In this document: piece by piece, positions 38,354 to 48,531 of the stretch
How positions within the stretch are numbered: position 1 is the stretch's first letter
Layout of the letters: the number at the start of each line of letters is the position of its first letter
Origin: an uncultured Muribaculaceae bacterium
Lineage (GTDB): Bacteria > Bacteroidota > Bacteroidia > Bacteroidales > UBA932
Assembly (NCBI GenBank): GCA_964369605.1
Contig: CAYJFD010000004.1
Location: 2,027 to 66,026, forward strand
Direction of reading: 5' to 3'
DNA length: 64,000 bases
Notes under the pieces: model-generated
Seen by the model: only the letters and a program-made list of their open reading frames with translations
The model's database searches: none
What the model was told of the DNA's origin: nothing
Translations under genes and position numbers: made by a program

Positions 38354-40060
38354 TTATGAATTAAATTTTGACAAGTACTCTTGAATAGAAATATGATCTC
38401 CAGAAATTTTCAATTTTGTTCTTAATCTAGAGCGAGCAACATTAATACTTTTAGGAGACTGTCGCGTAATTTCTGAGATTTCTTTAGTTGAAAGGTTTAA
38501 ATTTAACAAAGAACATAGCCTTCTTTCATTTACTGTAAGCTCAGGATGATCATGTATTAGACGTTGAAAGAAATCGGTATTAAATTCCGGCACAAAGGTG
38601 TTTATATTCTTCCAGCTATCGCCTTCTTTTGTTGACAATAAGTCGTTACATATACTTTCTAGTCTTTTTTTTGTAGCTACATCTACTGTATCAGCGGAAA
38701 CTTCGTGAATCTTTCGAATAATTTCGTCTGTTAACTGACTTAAATGATACTGTTGTAACTGTTTTATTTCTAAGACTTCATTTCTATCTTTAATCTTCAT
38801 CTCTTTAACTTTTAAGCCAGCAGATTTCTTTTTTAATGATAATAATACTGCTAAACTTATGATAATAATAGAGAGGATTGATACAATTATAGAGATTAGT
38901 AATGTTAGCTTTCTTGATTGGATATCCTTTTCTTGTGCTAACTTCCGTATATTATATTGCGTTTTAAATAATTCTAAAAATACCTGTTCCGAATTCTTAG
39001 AGCTCTCGATATCGTTATACTCTTTTAATTTAATGAAGGCATCCTTATACTTATGATTTTGAGCATATATCCTTTGAAGCGAATTTAAACAAAACTGTTT
39101 TTCGCTCCCAAATTCACCATCTCCATACCACCGTAGGGCTTCCTCTAAATGAAATATTGCTTTATCTTGCTGCTCTGACGCTAAATAAATATCGCCAAGG
39201 AGCATGTGATAAGTACCCATCTCACTCATGGTACTTAAATATGGTTTTACTTCATTCAGAACTTCTAAAGCATCTGCTTTCTTCCCTAAAACAATAGCAT
39301 ACCTTGCTACTCCTAAGTAATTCTGTATCAAGGCAACTGTATCCTGAAGTTCATTGCTAATTTTTAGAGCCTCATCTGTCAATAAATTACTTGCAACTGT
39401 GTCGTATGGATTAGCTATTAACCTATTATGTAAAGCATTTATGATTTTTAAACTATCTTTCTGTTGTTTTGCTCCAAGTAAGTACTTATCGAAATATGAC
39501 TCAGATGTAGCGATATCGCCACATATACTGTAAACTATTCCCAGTAGATTATAGCACTCTAATACTTCTGAAGTATCATATATTTCTGAATCGATACCAT
39601 CATAATAGCTCATAGCATCAATAGTATGCGTTAGTGTCTTATGATACTGTCCCTTATTCAGATAGTGAGCTGCCAATTTAATATTTGTACTTGCTAATTT
39701 CGATTGGAAGTTTAAACTTCTTTGAATATGTGCAACTGATAGAAGGTGATCTATTGCTTTTGTATACATATATTTCTCTTCTGAGTAATATGTAGCTAGA
39801 AAATCGTGGATAGATGCTATTTCTGAATATACCGCAGAAGTATCTATTCCCTGTAGGAACATTTCTGCATACTTTACTGCCTTTTCCTTATCATTAACTA
39901 TATTATCAGAATATATAGTATAATATATCATATTTGCACCTTCTATTCTTGATAATCGTATCAAGGAATCAGGTATTACGTTAGGATTAATTTGATCCTG
40001 TGCGTAAGTAGTAGGCTTAAGCAGAAAAAGAAATAAACAGATGACAATAAATGTGCGCAT
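38354..40060 (-). CDS. membrane-anchored TPR-repeat / LuxR(GerE)-type HTH one-component regulator
   Basis: Signal peptide, about 350 aa of TPR-like repeats, TM helix LTLLISIIVSILSIIIISLAVLLSL and C-terminal GerE-type HTH (LSTKEISEITRQSPKSINVARSRLRTKL). Confidence 0.8.
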   Translation of the reverse strand: MRTFIVICLFLFLLKPTTYAQDQINPNVIPDSLIRLSRIEGANMIYYTIYSDNIVNDKEKAVKYAEMFLQGIDTSAVYSEIASIHDFLATYYSEEKYMYTKAIDHLLSVAHIQRSLNFQSKLASTNIKLAAHYLNKGQYHKTLTHTIDAMSYYDGIDSEIYDTSEVLECYNLLGIVYSICGDIATSESYFDKYLLGAKQQKDSLKIINALHNRLIANPYDTVASNLLTDEALKISNELQDTVALIQNYLGVARYAIVLGKKADALEVLNEVKPYLSTMSEMGTYHMLLGDIYLASEQQDKAIFHLEEALRWYGDGEFGSEKQFCLNSLQRIYAQNHKYKDAFIKLKEYNDIESSKNSEQVFLELFKTQYNIRKLAQEKDIQSRKLTLLISIIVSILSIIIISLAVLLSLKKKSAGLKVKEMKIKDRNEVLEIKQLQQYHLSQLTDEIIRKIHEVSADTVDVATKKRLESICNDLLSTKEGDSWKNINTFVPEFNTDFFQRLIHDHPELTVNERRLCSLLNLNLSTKEISEITRQSPKSINVARSRLRTKLKISGDHISIQEYLSKFNS

Positions 40061-40078
40061 TTTTAACTCTTTTAAGTA

Positions 40079-41818
40079 TTACCTTTTCTGAAAGAAATAT
40101 GATTTTTGCTTCTTTTTCTTCTCTTGATTATGTTCTACAAATATTGGTTTGTAAGTTTTCAAATCAAGACCTGTATAAAACATTGCACTTGCTGCAGTCA
40201 TAGGCGTAGGGGTGAAATCTTGAACCTGTTGGGTTAGAATTCCACGTAAGTGAGGGTTATCTGCAAGTTTTTTCATATCATCGATCTTACAGCCCGGATG
40301 AGAGGATATAAAATATGGAATCAACTGAAAATTTTTTCCTTCTTTTTTTATAAAGGAATAGAACTGCTCCTTTAGTTTTATAAAGAGTTTAAAGGATGGC
40401 TTTCTCATATTGTTCAAAACAATAGGCTCTGTATGCTCGGGCGCTACTTTGAACCTACCTGAAGTATGCTTTAGAACTACTCTCTTAAAATAAGCATAGG
40501 CATCATCATCTAAAAATCCCTTTTCATCCAGGAATAAATCATAACGTATTCCGCTACCTATATAAGCATTTTTTACACCCGGAACATTTTCAATCATAGA
40601 GTATAACTCAAGTAAATTCGTATGAGATGTATTCAAATTTGAACATCTATTAGGAAATAAACAAGACTTTCTAGTGCATTTACTACATAAATCTATGTTC
40701 TTTCCTTTCATTGTATACATATTAGCAGTTGGAGCTCCTATGTCAGATATTACGCCCTTGAACTCAGGGTGCTTAACTAGATTTTTGATTTCATTAATTA
40801 CAGAGTTCTTGGATCTTGACTGAATGAATCTCCCCTGATGTGCAGCAATTGTACAAAATGCACATCCTCCAAAACATCCACGATGAATAGTGATAGAATT
40901 TTTTATCATCTCAAAGGCAGGGATACGCTTATCTTTATACCTTGGATGTGGCATCTTTGTATATGGTAGTTCGTAGTATGAATCTATTTCCTTTTCGGTA
41001 TTTGGTGGGTAAGGTGGGTTTACTACTACGACTTTATTTGCATATCCTTCAGCTAAGCGTTTTGGCGTATAAGCATTAGCTTGCTCCTCTATTTGATTAA
41101 AATTCTTCGCATAGGACATTTTAGACTTCAAACAATTCTCATAGGAATCTAGTACTATTGTAGAGGCATTTTTTTGTAATTTTTCGATATTCTCGTCACT
41201 TAAGTATGCCAGCTGAGGAATACCTCTGAGCTGATATATCGTTTTCTGTCTCTCAACAGCTAAAGCTAAATCTAATATTGCCTTCTCTCCCATTCCGTAT
41301 ATCAAAAAATCAGCCTTTGATGTAACTAAAATAGATGGGAGTAATGAATCCTTCCAATAATCGTAATGTGTTAATCTTCTTAATGAAGCCTCTATCCCTC
41401 CTACAACTAATAATGTATCGGGGTATAGTTCTTTCAATATCTGTGAATATACCTCTACAGCATAGTCTGGTCTATATCCAGCCTTGCCTTCTGGCGTATA
41501 AGCATCATCACTACGCAATCTTTTATTTGCAGTATAATGATTAACCATCGAATCCATAGACCCTGAATTAACTGCAAAAAATAAGCGAGGTTTACCAAAC
41601 TTCTTAAAATCTCTTAAATCATCTCGCCAATTTGGCTGAGGTACTATAGCGACTCTATAACCGGCTCTTTGTAAAAGCCTAGCTATTACAGCTGTCCCGA
41701 ACGAGGGATGGTCTATAAAAGCATCCCCAGTAAAGATAATAACATCAATATAGTCCCACTCCAGAGCTTTTAGCTCTTTAGGCGAAGTAGGAAACATATA
41801 GACCTTATCATCTTTCAT
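40079..41818 (-). CDS. YgiQ-family radical SAM protein
   Basis: RGCFGGCAFC cluster motif. Length and N-terminal flavodoxin-like region are typical of UPF0313/YgiQ. Confidence 0.9.
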   Translation of the reverse strand: MKDDKVYMFPTSPKELKALEWDYIDVIIFTGDAFIDHPSFGTAVIARLLQRAGYRVAIVPQPNWRDDLRDFKKFGKPRLFFAVNSGSMDSMVNHYTANKRLRSDDAYTPEGKAGYRPDYAVEVYSQILKELYPDTLLVVGGIEASLRRLTHYDYWKDSLLPSILVTSKADFLIYGMGEKAILDLALAVERQKTIYQLRGIPQLAYLSDENIEKLQKNASTIVLDSYENCLKSKMSYAKNFNQIEEQANAYTPKRLAEGYANKVVVVNPPYPPNTEKEIDSYYELPYTKMPHPRYKDKRIPAFEMIKNSITIHRGCFGGCAFCTIAAHQGRFIQSRSKNSVINEIKNLVKHPEFKGVISDIGAPTANMYTMKGKNIDLCSKCTRKSCLFPNRCSNLNTSHTNLLELYSMIENVPGVKNAYIGSGIRYDLFLDEKGFLDDDAYAYFKRVVLKHTSGRFKVAPEHTEPIVLNNMRKPSFKLFIKLKEQFYSFIKKEGKNFQLIPYFISSHPGCKIDDMKKLADNPHLRGILTQQVQDFTPTPMTAASAMFYTGLDLKTYKPIFVEHNQEKKKKQKSYFFQKR

Positions 41819-41819
41819 T

Positions 41820-43568
41820 CTACATTTTCTCTGGTAAATTTATTCCTAGTATACCCATAGCTTTAGATAAAACTTGGGCTACAACACTTATTAAAGCAAT
41901 ACGTCTTGATCTTAAACTTTCGTTTTCTTCCCTCATTATACTTAGTTCTCCGTAGAACTGATTAAACTCTTTAGCAAGTTCATAAGTATAATTTGCTATT
42001 AGAGCTGGTGAATGCTCCTCACCTGCCTCAGCTACCTTCTTTGGGAAAGTACTTAATGTCTTGATAATGGATAATTCCTTATTATGTAGGGCATCATTCA
42101 AATCTAGACCTCCTTCATATCCTAACTCTTGCGCCTTTCTTAATATTGACTTTATTCTCGCGTGAGTATATTGAATAAATGGACCCGTATTTCCGTTAAA
42201 ATCTATTGACTCTTTTGGGTCAAATAGCATAGTTTTTTTCGGATCAACCTTCAGAATAAAGTATTTTAAAGCTCCAAGACTTATCATATTGTATAAGTCT
42301 TCCTTTTGCTCATCTTCCATTCCAGCTAATTTCCCTAATTCAAGTGATGTTTCCTTCGCAGTATTATACATTCTATCTAATAGGTCATCAGCGTCTACAA
42401 CTGTTCCTTCTCTTGACTTCATTTTACCTTCTGGTAATTCAACCATTCCGTATGATAAATGGTAGATATAGTCAGCCCAATCGTATCCTAATTTTTTTAG
42501 AATAAGCACTAGTACTTGAAAGTGATAATTTTGCTCATTTCCAACTACATAAATATGCTCTTTAAAATTATATTCTTCAAATCTCTGCACTGCTGTACCT
42601 AGGTCCTGAGTCATATATACAGAAGTACCATCAGGTCTTAATAGTAGCTTATGGTCTAAGCCATCTTCTGTCAAATCACACCAAATTGAATTATCTTCTT
42701 TCTGGTATAGCACACCCTTTTCTAGACCAAGCTGTACTAGACTTTTTCCTAGTAAATAAGTGTTTGATTCATAATATATCTTATCGAAGCTAATTCCCAT
42801 TCTATTATAGGTTCTGTCAAATCCATCATAAACCCAAGAGTTCATTGTTGACCAAAGTCCTACTGTATCCTCATCGCCTTGCTCCCATTTAACAAGCATC
42901 TCTCTAGCCTGTGACATTAGTTTAGAATCTTCTGGTTCTACCCCTTCTTCTTTAAGCATAGAGTTAAACTTAACATAGTACTCACCCACTAGATGATCTC
43001 CCTTCTTCCCAGAGGAGTCTGGAGTTTCTCCGTTTGCGCTAAGCTGCCATGCTAGCATTGACTTGCAAATGTGAATACCTCTATCATTCACAAGATTCAC
43101 TTTTATAACCTTATGTCCGTTGACAGAAAGTAATCTAGCGACTGAATCTCCTAATAAATTATTACGTATATGACCAAGATGTAGTGGTTTATTTGTATTT
43201 GGAGACGAGAATTCTATCATAATAGTTCGTCCTGAATCCTCAAACTGGCCAAAATCCTTTGTCTTACAAATAGAATCCAATACTGAGTTCCAGTATAGGT
43301 CAGAGAATTTCAAGTTCAAGAAACCCTTAACAACATTAAAGGACTCGATTTCCTTACACTCTTGCATTAGATACTGTCCGATAGCCTCCCCTGTTTGTTC
43401 AGGTGAGGTTTTACTAATTTTAAGGTAAGAAAATAATACTACAGTTAAATCTCCTATAAATTCTTTCCTTGTCGCTTGTACACTTACTGATATATTGTCA
43501 GAAGGGACTCCATAAAGGGTCCCTACTGCTTGCTTTACTTTATCAGAAATAAATAATTCTAAATTCAT
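41820..43568 (-). CDS. argS: arginine--tRNA ligase
   Basis: Class I motifs PLHLGHIRN (HIGH) and GKMKSREG (KMSK-type). C-terminal DALR anticodon-binding region. Confidence 0.95.
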   Translation of the reverse strand: MNLELFISDKVKQAVGTLYGVPSDNISVSVQATRKEFIGDLTVVLFSYLKISKTSPEQTGEAIGQYLMQECKEIESFNVVKGFLNLKFSDLYWNSVLDSICKTKDFGQFEDSGRTIMIEFSSPNTNKPLHLGHIRNNLLGDSVARLLSVNGHKVIKVNLVNDRGIHICKSMLAWQLSANGETPDSSGKKGDHLVGEYYVKFNSMLKEEGVEPEDSKLMSQAREMLVKWEQGDEDTVGLWSTMNSWVYDGFDRTYNRMGISFDKIYYESNTYLLGKSLVQLGLEKGVLYQKEDNSIWCDLTEDGLDHKLLLRPDGTSVYMTQDLGTAVQRFEEYNFKEHIYVVGNEQNYHFQVLVLILKKLGYDWADYIYHLSYGMVELPEGKMKSREGTVVDADDLLDRMYNTAKETSLELGKLAGMEDEQKEDLYNMISLGALKYFILKVDPKKTMLFDPKESIDFNGNTGPFIQYTHARIKSILRKAQELGYEGGLDLNDALHNKELSIIKTLSTFPKKVAEAGEEHSPALIANYTYELAKEFNQFYGELSIMREENESLRSRRIALISVVAQVLSKAMGILGINLPEKM

Positions 43569-43573
43569 TTCGC

Positions 43574-44434
43574 TTATCCTAAATAACTTTTTAGTAGTTT
43601 ACTTCTATTACTATGTCTTAGGCGTCTTATTGCCTTTTCTTTAATCTGCCTTACCCTTTCTCTTGTCAAATCAAATTTCTCTCCGATTTCCTCTAATGTC
43701 ATCTCTGCCACTCCTATTCCGAAGAAATCTCTGATTATATCTCTTTCTCTCTCTGTTAGTGTTGATAAAGCTCTTTCGATTTCCTTATTCAATGACTCAT
43801 TCACTAAACCTCTATCGGCATTTGGTGAGTCTGAATTAACAAGTACATCTAAGAGATTATTATTTTCACCTTCAATAAATGGAGCATCTACTGATACGTG
43901 TCTACCTGAAACGCGAAGTGTATCTGCTATTTTCTCTCTTGGAATCTCAAGTAACTCCGACAACTCATCAGCCGAAGGCATACGCTCATGCTCTTGTTCG
44001 AACTTAGAAAGTGCCTTGTTTATCTTATTCAGAGATCCAACTTGGTTTAGAGGTAATCTTACAATTCTTGATTGTTCCGCAAGTGCCTGTAAGATGGACT
44101 GTCTAATCCACCATACTGCATAAGAAATAAATTTGAAACCTCGTGTTTCATCGAATTTCTCTGCTGCTTTAATTAAACCTAAGTTTCCTTCATTTATCAA
44201 GTCTGGAAGACTTAGACCCTGATTCTGGTACTGCTTTGCTACTGAAACGACAAATCTAAGATTTGCCTTAGTTAGTTTTTCAAGAGCTTCCTGATCTCCT
44301 TTCCTAATTCGTTGAGCTAACTCTACCTCATCTTCAACAGATATAAGTGTCTCTCTACCAATTTCTTGCAGGTATTTATCTAGGGAGGCACTCTCCCTAT
44401 TTGTAATGGATTTAGTTATTTTTAGTTGTCTCAT
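43574..44434 (-). CDS. rpoD: RNA polymerase primary sigma factor (Bacteroidota sigma-A)
   Basis: [16 protein letters not shown]-terminus. Regions 2-4 are present ([45 protein letters not shown]). Start set at the internal ATG 44434 (286 aa). Confidence 0.9.
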   Translation of the reverse strand: MRQLKITKSITNRESASLDKYLQEIGRETLISVEDEVELAQRIRKGDQEALEKLTKANLRFVVSVAKQYQNQGLSLPDLINEGNLGLIKAAEKFDETRGFKFISYAVWWIRQSILQALAEQSRIVRLPLNQVGSLNKINKALSKFEQEHERMPSADELSELLEIPREKIADTLRVSGRHVSVDAPFIEGENNNLLDVLVNSDSPNADRGLVNESLNKEIERALSTLTERERDIIRDFFGIGVAEMTLEEIGEKFDLTRERVRQIKEKAIRRLRHSNRSKLLKSYLG

Positions 44435-44615
44435 TCTAAATATTATATACGGCAAATTAGGCGCAAATTTAACTATATTATTTAAATAATAAGAATTTTT
44501 TATAAAAAAGAAAAGAGTAGACTTCACAGCCGACTCTCTTCACTCACAAAAAATTATTAATATAGTCACTAATATATCATATTAGACACAATATACATTT
44601 AGACGGGATTTTACC

Positions 44616-45398
44616 CTAATAGTTTAATCTTCTCATCCTGAAATAACTAATAATCAACAGCACAAATGGTAAAGATTTTACTATATTCGACAATATGTTA
44701 TATCCACGCATTGCCTCATTCACGGCTATATCCGCAGATTGTTGAAAGGATTCATCTGTATAGATATCACTCATTTCTATATAATCTTTCAGAAAGTTAA
44801 CTCCCTCAATTGTCGTATAAATTCCAAAGACTAACACAACTAATAATAGACAGCCCAAAGTTCTAACTATTTTATTTCTTCTAAATATAATATTAGTAGA
44901 GGTAGAAATGACTGCAGCCATCAATGAATACTGCCATACCTTTAGAATTAAGCTAAAAAAATCAATGTGATAATTTAGACTTTGTTCTCTAAAAAATGAA
45001 GCACAGAAATTAAATACTATATCTATGATTCCTAATGAAACTACAGTTGATATAGGGATAACCACAAGAGTATAAAATATCATACTCGAAAATTTTTCTA
45101 TCTGAGAAGCTGGCAATAAAGCGAAAGACATCCCTTTAATACTATGATTTATATCTCCGTAAACTTTATAAGGGGCGATAAATGATAGAATTAGTGTGAT
45201 ATTAAAGATTACATTATATTTTGCTAACCCTATTAACTCCTTCGGATAAATGAAAACGCCTACAAGTAGAATTGCTAAAAAAATTATCAATCCTATTTTA
45301 AAGTTTGACTTTAAATAATATGTAAGGTATTTACTAAAATCGTGCTTTAATACTTTTGCAAACCTATTTAAACTAAATATATTATTCATCTTTTTCAT
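44616..45398 (-). CDS. polytopic membrane protein (putative permease partner of the adjacent ABC ATPase)
   Basis: About 6 hydrophobic segments. Overlaps the GntR gene stop by 17 nt. No motif recognised. Confidence 0.55.
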   Translation of the reverse strand: MKKMNNIFSLNRFAKVLKHDFSKYLTYYLKSNFKIGLIIFLAILLVGVFIYPKELIGLAKYNVIFNITLILSFIAPYKVYGDINHSIKGMSFALLPASQIEKFSSMIFYTLVVIPISTVVSLGIIDIVFNFCASFFREQSLNYHIDFFSLILKVWQYSLMAAVISTSTNIIFRRNKIVRTLGCLLLVVLVFGIYTTIEGVNFLKDYIEMSDIYTDESFQQSADIAVNEAMRGYNILSNIVKSLPFVLLIISYFRMRRLNY

Positions 45399-45756
45399 CG
45401 TTATTTTCTTGGTAATAGTTTTGGGTAATAGTTTCTAATGATATCCCTAACATTCGCATTCTCTTAAAAAATGTAGGGAGCTCGCTTTTTATAAACTGTT
45501 CCCTCTCCATCGTTAATACTGCTTTTTTTGCATCTTCGCACACAAAATACCCTAAACCTCTTTTGTTATATATTAAACCTGCATTTTGAAGATATTCATA
45601 GCTACGAACTATTGTATTGGGGTTCACCCCTATAGATTGTCCTAAATCTCTCACAGAGGGAATCCTATCATCATCGTGGATCTCACCTAAGAGGATCTGC
45701 GATATGATAGTATCAGCTACCTGAAGAAATATAGGCTTATGTTCATTAAACTGCAT
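45382..45756 (-). CDS. GntR-family (YtrA-subfamily) transcriptional regulator
   Basis: 124 aa. wHTH IPSVRDLGQSIGVNPNTIVRSYEYLQNAGLIYNKRGLGYFV with a short C-terminal domain. Confidence 0.85.
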   Translation of the reverse strand: MQFNEHKPIFLQVADTIISQILLGEIHDDDRIPSVRDLGQSIGVNPNTIVRSYEYLQNAGLIYNKRGLGYFVCEDAKKAVLTMEREQFIKSELPTFFKRMRMLGISLETITQNYYQENNDEKDE

Positions 45757-45767
45757 ATCTACGTTTT

Positions 45768-46595
45768 TTATTTTTCAAAAATACTCTTTACATAATCTCT
45801 ATTAGTTACTGAAAGTTCAAATAGAGCTTCTAAGTTCACCTTACTTTCTAATGAGTTAACATTAGGACAAATATAAGAATAGCCACCGAGTACTGCTTGG
45901 CAGTATATCGCAGAGTCATCAGCCTCAAAACTCTGATGAAAATATAGTTTATCAGCTATTTCATTTATACTTGAGTTCATCTGAATCTCTTTATTATTCA
46001 GTATAACTACGTTTTCAATTAAATTTTCAAGTTCTCTTACCTGATGAGTTGAAAGAATAATTATCTTCTCGTCTGTCATCATACTTGAAACTATTTTTCG
46101 GAACTGCTGCTTTGCTATGATGTCTAAGCCATTTGTTGGCTCATCTAACAGTAACACTTGAGTATTCAACGCTAAGGCCAAGGATATATATGCCATCTTT
46201 CGCTGACCAGCAGAAAATGCTGTTAATTTTTTATTTACATCTATATTGAATTCTTCTGCTATCTTAAGAAAATCTTCTAAACTAAACTTTGGATAAAATG
46301 CACCTACTCTTTTAGCATATAAAATTAATTTTTCAGCTATTGGGGGCATAGATTCTGGTAAAAAATAAATATTTACTAAATAGCTTGGCATCCTCTTACT
46401 TGCTTCTTCTCCATTAATACTACATAGCCCGCTACTTGGTCTTAATAGACCTGCAATATTCTTTAATAGTGTAGTTTTTCCTGCACCATTTACTCCAAGT
46501 AAGCCATATATTCTACCCTTCTCAAACTTGACGCTTAAGCCAGACAATATTTGTGATTTGCCGTAGGAAAAATTTAATTCATTTATATTTATCAT
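45768..46595 (-). CDS. ABC transporter ATP-binding protein
   Basis: Walker A GVNGAGKTT, signature FSAGQRK and Walker B LLLDEP. Confidence 0.9.
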   Translation of the reverse strand: MININELNFSYGKSQILSGLSVKFEKGRIYGLLGVNGAGKTTLLKNIAGLLRPSSGLCSINGEEASKRMPSYLVNIYFLPESMPPIAEKLILYAKRVGAFYPKFSLEDFLKIAEEFNIDVNKKLTAFSAGQRKMAYISLALALNTQVLLLDEPTNGLDIIAKQQFRKIVSSMMTDEKIIILSTHQVRELENLIENVVILNNKEIQMNSSINEIADKLYFHQSFEADDSAIYCQAVLGGYSYICPNVNSLESKVNLEALFELSVTNRDYVKSIFEK

Positions 46596-46596
46596 C

Positions 46597-46618
46597 GTGT
46601 ACTAGTTTACTATTACAC
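46597..46618. promoter_or_regulatory. candidate GntR/YtrA operator (10-2-10 inverted repeat)
   Basis: GTGTACTAGT tt ACTATTACAC, with 9 of 10 positions symmetric. Sits between the predicted -7 box and the ABC ATPase start codon. Confidence 0.45.
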
Positions 46619-46620
46619 TG

Positions 46621-46651
46621 CAAAAGTAATACATTTTTCTTTACTTGCAAG
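46621..46651 (-). promoter_or_regulatory. candidate sigma-A promoter of the ABC/GntR/membrane operon
   Basis: Minus strand: -33 CTTG (46651-46648), 19-nt spacer, -7 TACTTTTG (46628-46621). Confidence 0.5.
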
Positions 46652-46679
46652 TTTTTTTATTAAAAATTGATTCTGTCGT

Positions 46680-46711
46680 CTTGTTAATTGAGCATAATAA
46701 TAGTATATTTG
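46680..46711 (+). promoter_or_regulatory. candidate sigma-A promoter of the SIMPL/YbaN/ferritin genes
   Basis: -33 CTTG (46680-46683), 20-nt spacer, -7 TATATTTG (46704-46711). Confidence 0.5.
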
Positions 46712-46749
46712 TAATAATTAAAATATAAATTAAAATAAAAACATAGAAT

Positions 46750-47454
46750 ATGTTCAAATTTAACATTCTGATTTTAAGCACATTACTTTGCTTAAACACT
46801 TCGATTTTTGCTCAAAATGCAAATCAACATGTAAGCTATATTGAATTAACTCAGTCTGAGTATATAGATATAGATCCTGACAAGATCACTATTAGTATTA
46901 ACCTAAAAGAGAGTGATGACAATAAAATATCTGTTGATAAACTAGAAAAGGATATGCTAGCTGTACTTACATCGATAGGAATCGACACTCAAACTGCACT
47001 TAAGGTTAGTGATTTAAGTTCTGAGTTTGAGAAAAGAACTTTTTTTGGCAACAAAACAAATTTATCGAAGCGATATGAATTAGTCGTTGGCGATGCAAAG
47101 ACTGCGACTATCGTTATGCTAGCTTTGAAAGAAAAGAAGATTTCAAATATTTACATCGCTAATGTTGAAAATACACAAATCGAGGACTATAGAAAGCAAT
47201 GTAGCATAAATGCTCTTAAAAAAGCAAAAGTACAAGCACAAGAGATGGCAAAAAGTTTAGGACAGGAAGTAGGGAAAGCATTTTATATTAAAGAGAACCA
47301 TTACTACCCTTCTACTCGCGGAAATGTAATGATGAGTAAATCTTTTGATTATGCAATTTATGATGATGAGGAAGCTATAAGTGAAATCGCTGATATAGAT
47401 TTCGAGAAACTTAGAGTGGAAAGTAGTGTAATCGTAAAGTTCTATCTATACTAA
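46750..47454 (+). CDS. SIMPL (DUF541)-like periplasmic protein
   Basis: Signal peptide. Size and the central ..ALKKAKVQAQEMAKSLGQEVGKAFYI.. block resemble SIMPL/DUF541, judged by eye. Confidence 0.55.
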   Translation: MFKFNILILSTLLCLNTSIFAQNANQHVSYIELTQSEYIDIDPDKITISINLKESDDNKISVDKLEKDMLAVLTSIGIDTQTALKVSDLSSEFEKRTFFGNKTNLSKRYELVVGDAKTATIVMLALKEKKISNIYIANVENTQIEDYRKQCSINALKKAKVQAQEMAKSLGQEVGKAFYIKENHYYPSTRGNVMMSKSFDYAIYDDEEAISEIADIDFEKLRVESSVIVKFYLY

Positions 47455-47457
47455 TAA

Positions 47458-47835
47458 ATGATGCCAGCTCAAAAGAAACACATTTTAATTTTATGTGGAT
47501 TTGTATCACTGGGCTTAGGCATATTAGGTATTTTTTTACCTCTGATCCCAACGACTCCCTTCCTATTACTGACAGCAACACTATGGTTAAAAAGCTCGGA
47601 GTCATTATATACAAAATTAATGAACCATAAGATACTTGGGCCCTATATTCTGAATTATTTAAAATACAAGCGTATCCCTCTAAAAACAAAGATAGGGGCT
47701 ATAATTACTTTATGGTTAACAATAAGTTTGAGTGCAATTTATGCAACGGATGCACTATGGCTGAGGATATTACTATTTTGCATAGCAATAGGTGTTAGCA
47801 TACATATCCTTAGTTTTAAAACTAGTAAAAAATAG
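47458..47835 (+). CDS. YbaN-family (DUF454) inner membrane protein
   Basis: LGILGIFLPLIPTTPFLLLTA signature. Confidence 0.8.
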   Translation: MMPAQKKHILILCGFVSLGLGILGIFLPLIPTTPFLLLTATLWLKSSESLYTKLMNHKILGPYILNYLKYKRIPLKTKIGAIITLWLTISLSAIYATDALWLRILLFCIAIGVSIHILSFKTSKK

Positions 47836-47876
47836 AACTCTTAGAATCAAAATTATTAATCCCTTAAATTTATTAT

Positions 47877-48377
47877 ATGAACAAAAAATTAGAACTAGCT
47901 ATTAATCAGCAAATAAATGCTGAATTTTGGTCAGCCTACCTTTACTTATCGATGTCTATTGACTTAGAATCTAAAGGGCACGACGGTATCGCAAATTGGT
48001 TTATGATACAATATCAAGAAGAACAGGCGCACGCTATGAAACTTCTACAGTATTTACAGGAGCGTGACTGCAAACCTACTCTTTTACCTATCGAGGGGGT
48101 CAGAACTGAGTGGGCTTCTCCGCTTGAGGCTTTTGAGGAAACCCTTGCTCACGAGAAAAAAGTTACTGAACTTATCAATAATCTAGCAAGTATCGCTGTT
48201 GAAGTTAACGATTTCGCTGCTCAATCCTTCCTACGCTGGTATGTTGACGAACAAGTAGAAGAAGAATCAGGAGTTAGAACTATTATTGACCACCTTAAAT
48301 TAATAGGAGACAATGGAATGGGCTTATTCCAATTAAACAAAGATTTTGCTCAGCGCGTCTTTACTCCGATAGTTTAA
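47877..48377 (+). CDS. non-heme ferritin
   Basis: INQQINAEFWSAYLYLSM.. and EEQAHAMK ferroxidase-centre residues, 166 aa. Confidence 0.9.
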   Translation: MNKKLELAINQQINAEFWSAYLYLSMSIDLESKGHDGIANWFMIQYQEEQAHAMKLLQYLQERDCKPTLLPIEGVRTEWASPLEAFEETLAHEKKVTELINNLASIAVEVNDFAAQSFLRWYVDEQVEEESGVRTIIDHLKLIGDNGMGLFQLNKDFAQRVFTPIV

Positions 48378-48409
48378 CTAGCGACATATAAATAGTTAAC
48401 TAAGAACTA

Positions 48410-48451
48410 AAAAACTGCCTGCACCGTTGTAGATTACAGGCAGTTTTTTTT
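48410..48451 (+). terminator. intrinsic terminator after the ferritin gene
   Basis: Stem ctgcctg (48415-48421) / caggcag (48437-48443), extendable by A/T pairs, followed by a T8 run (48444-48451). Confidence 0.75.
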
Positions 48452-48531
48452 ATTTGAAATTGAAAAATTTAACCAAATTATAAACCAGAATTCAACTGCA
48501 TTAGCAAGCTAAATTCAGCAAACAAATCAAG

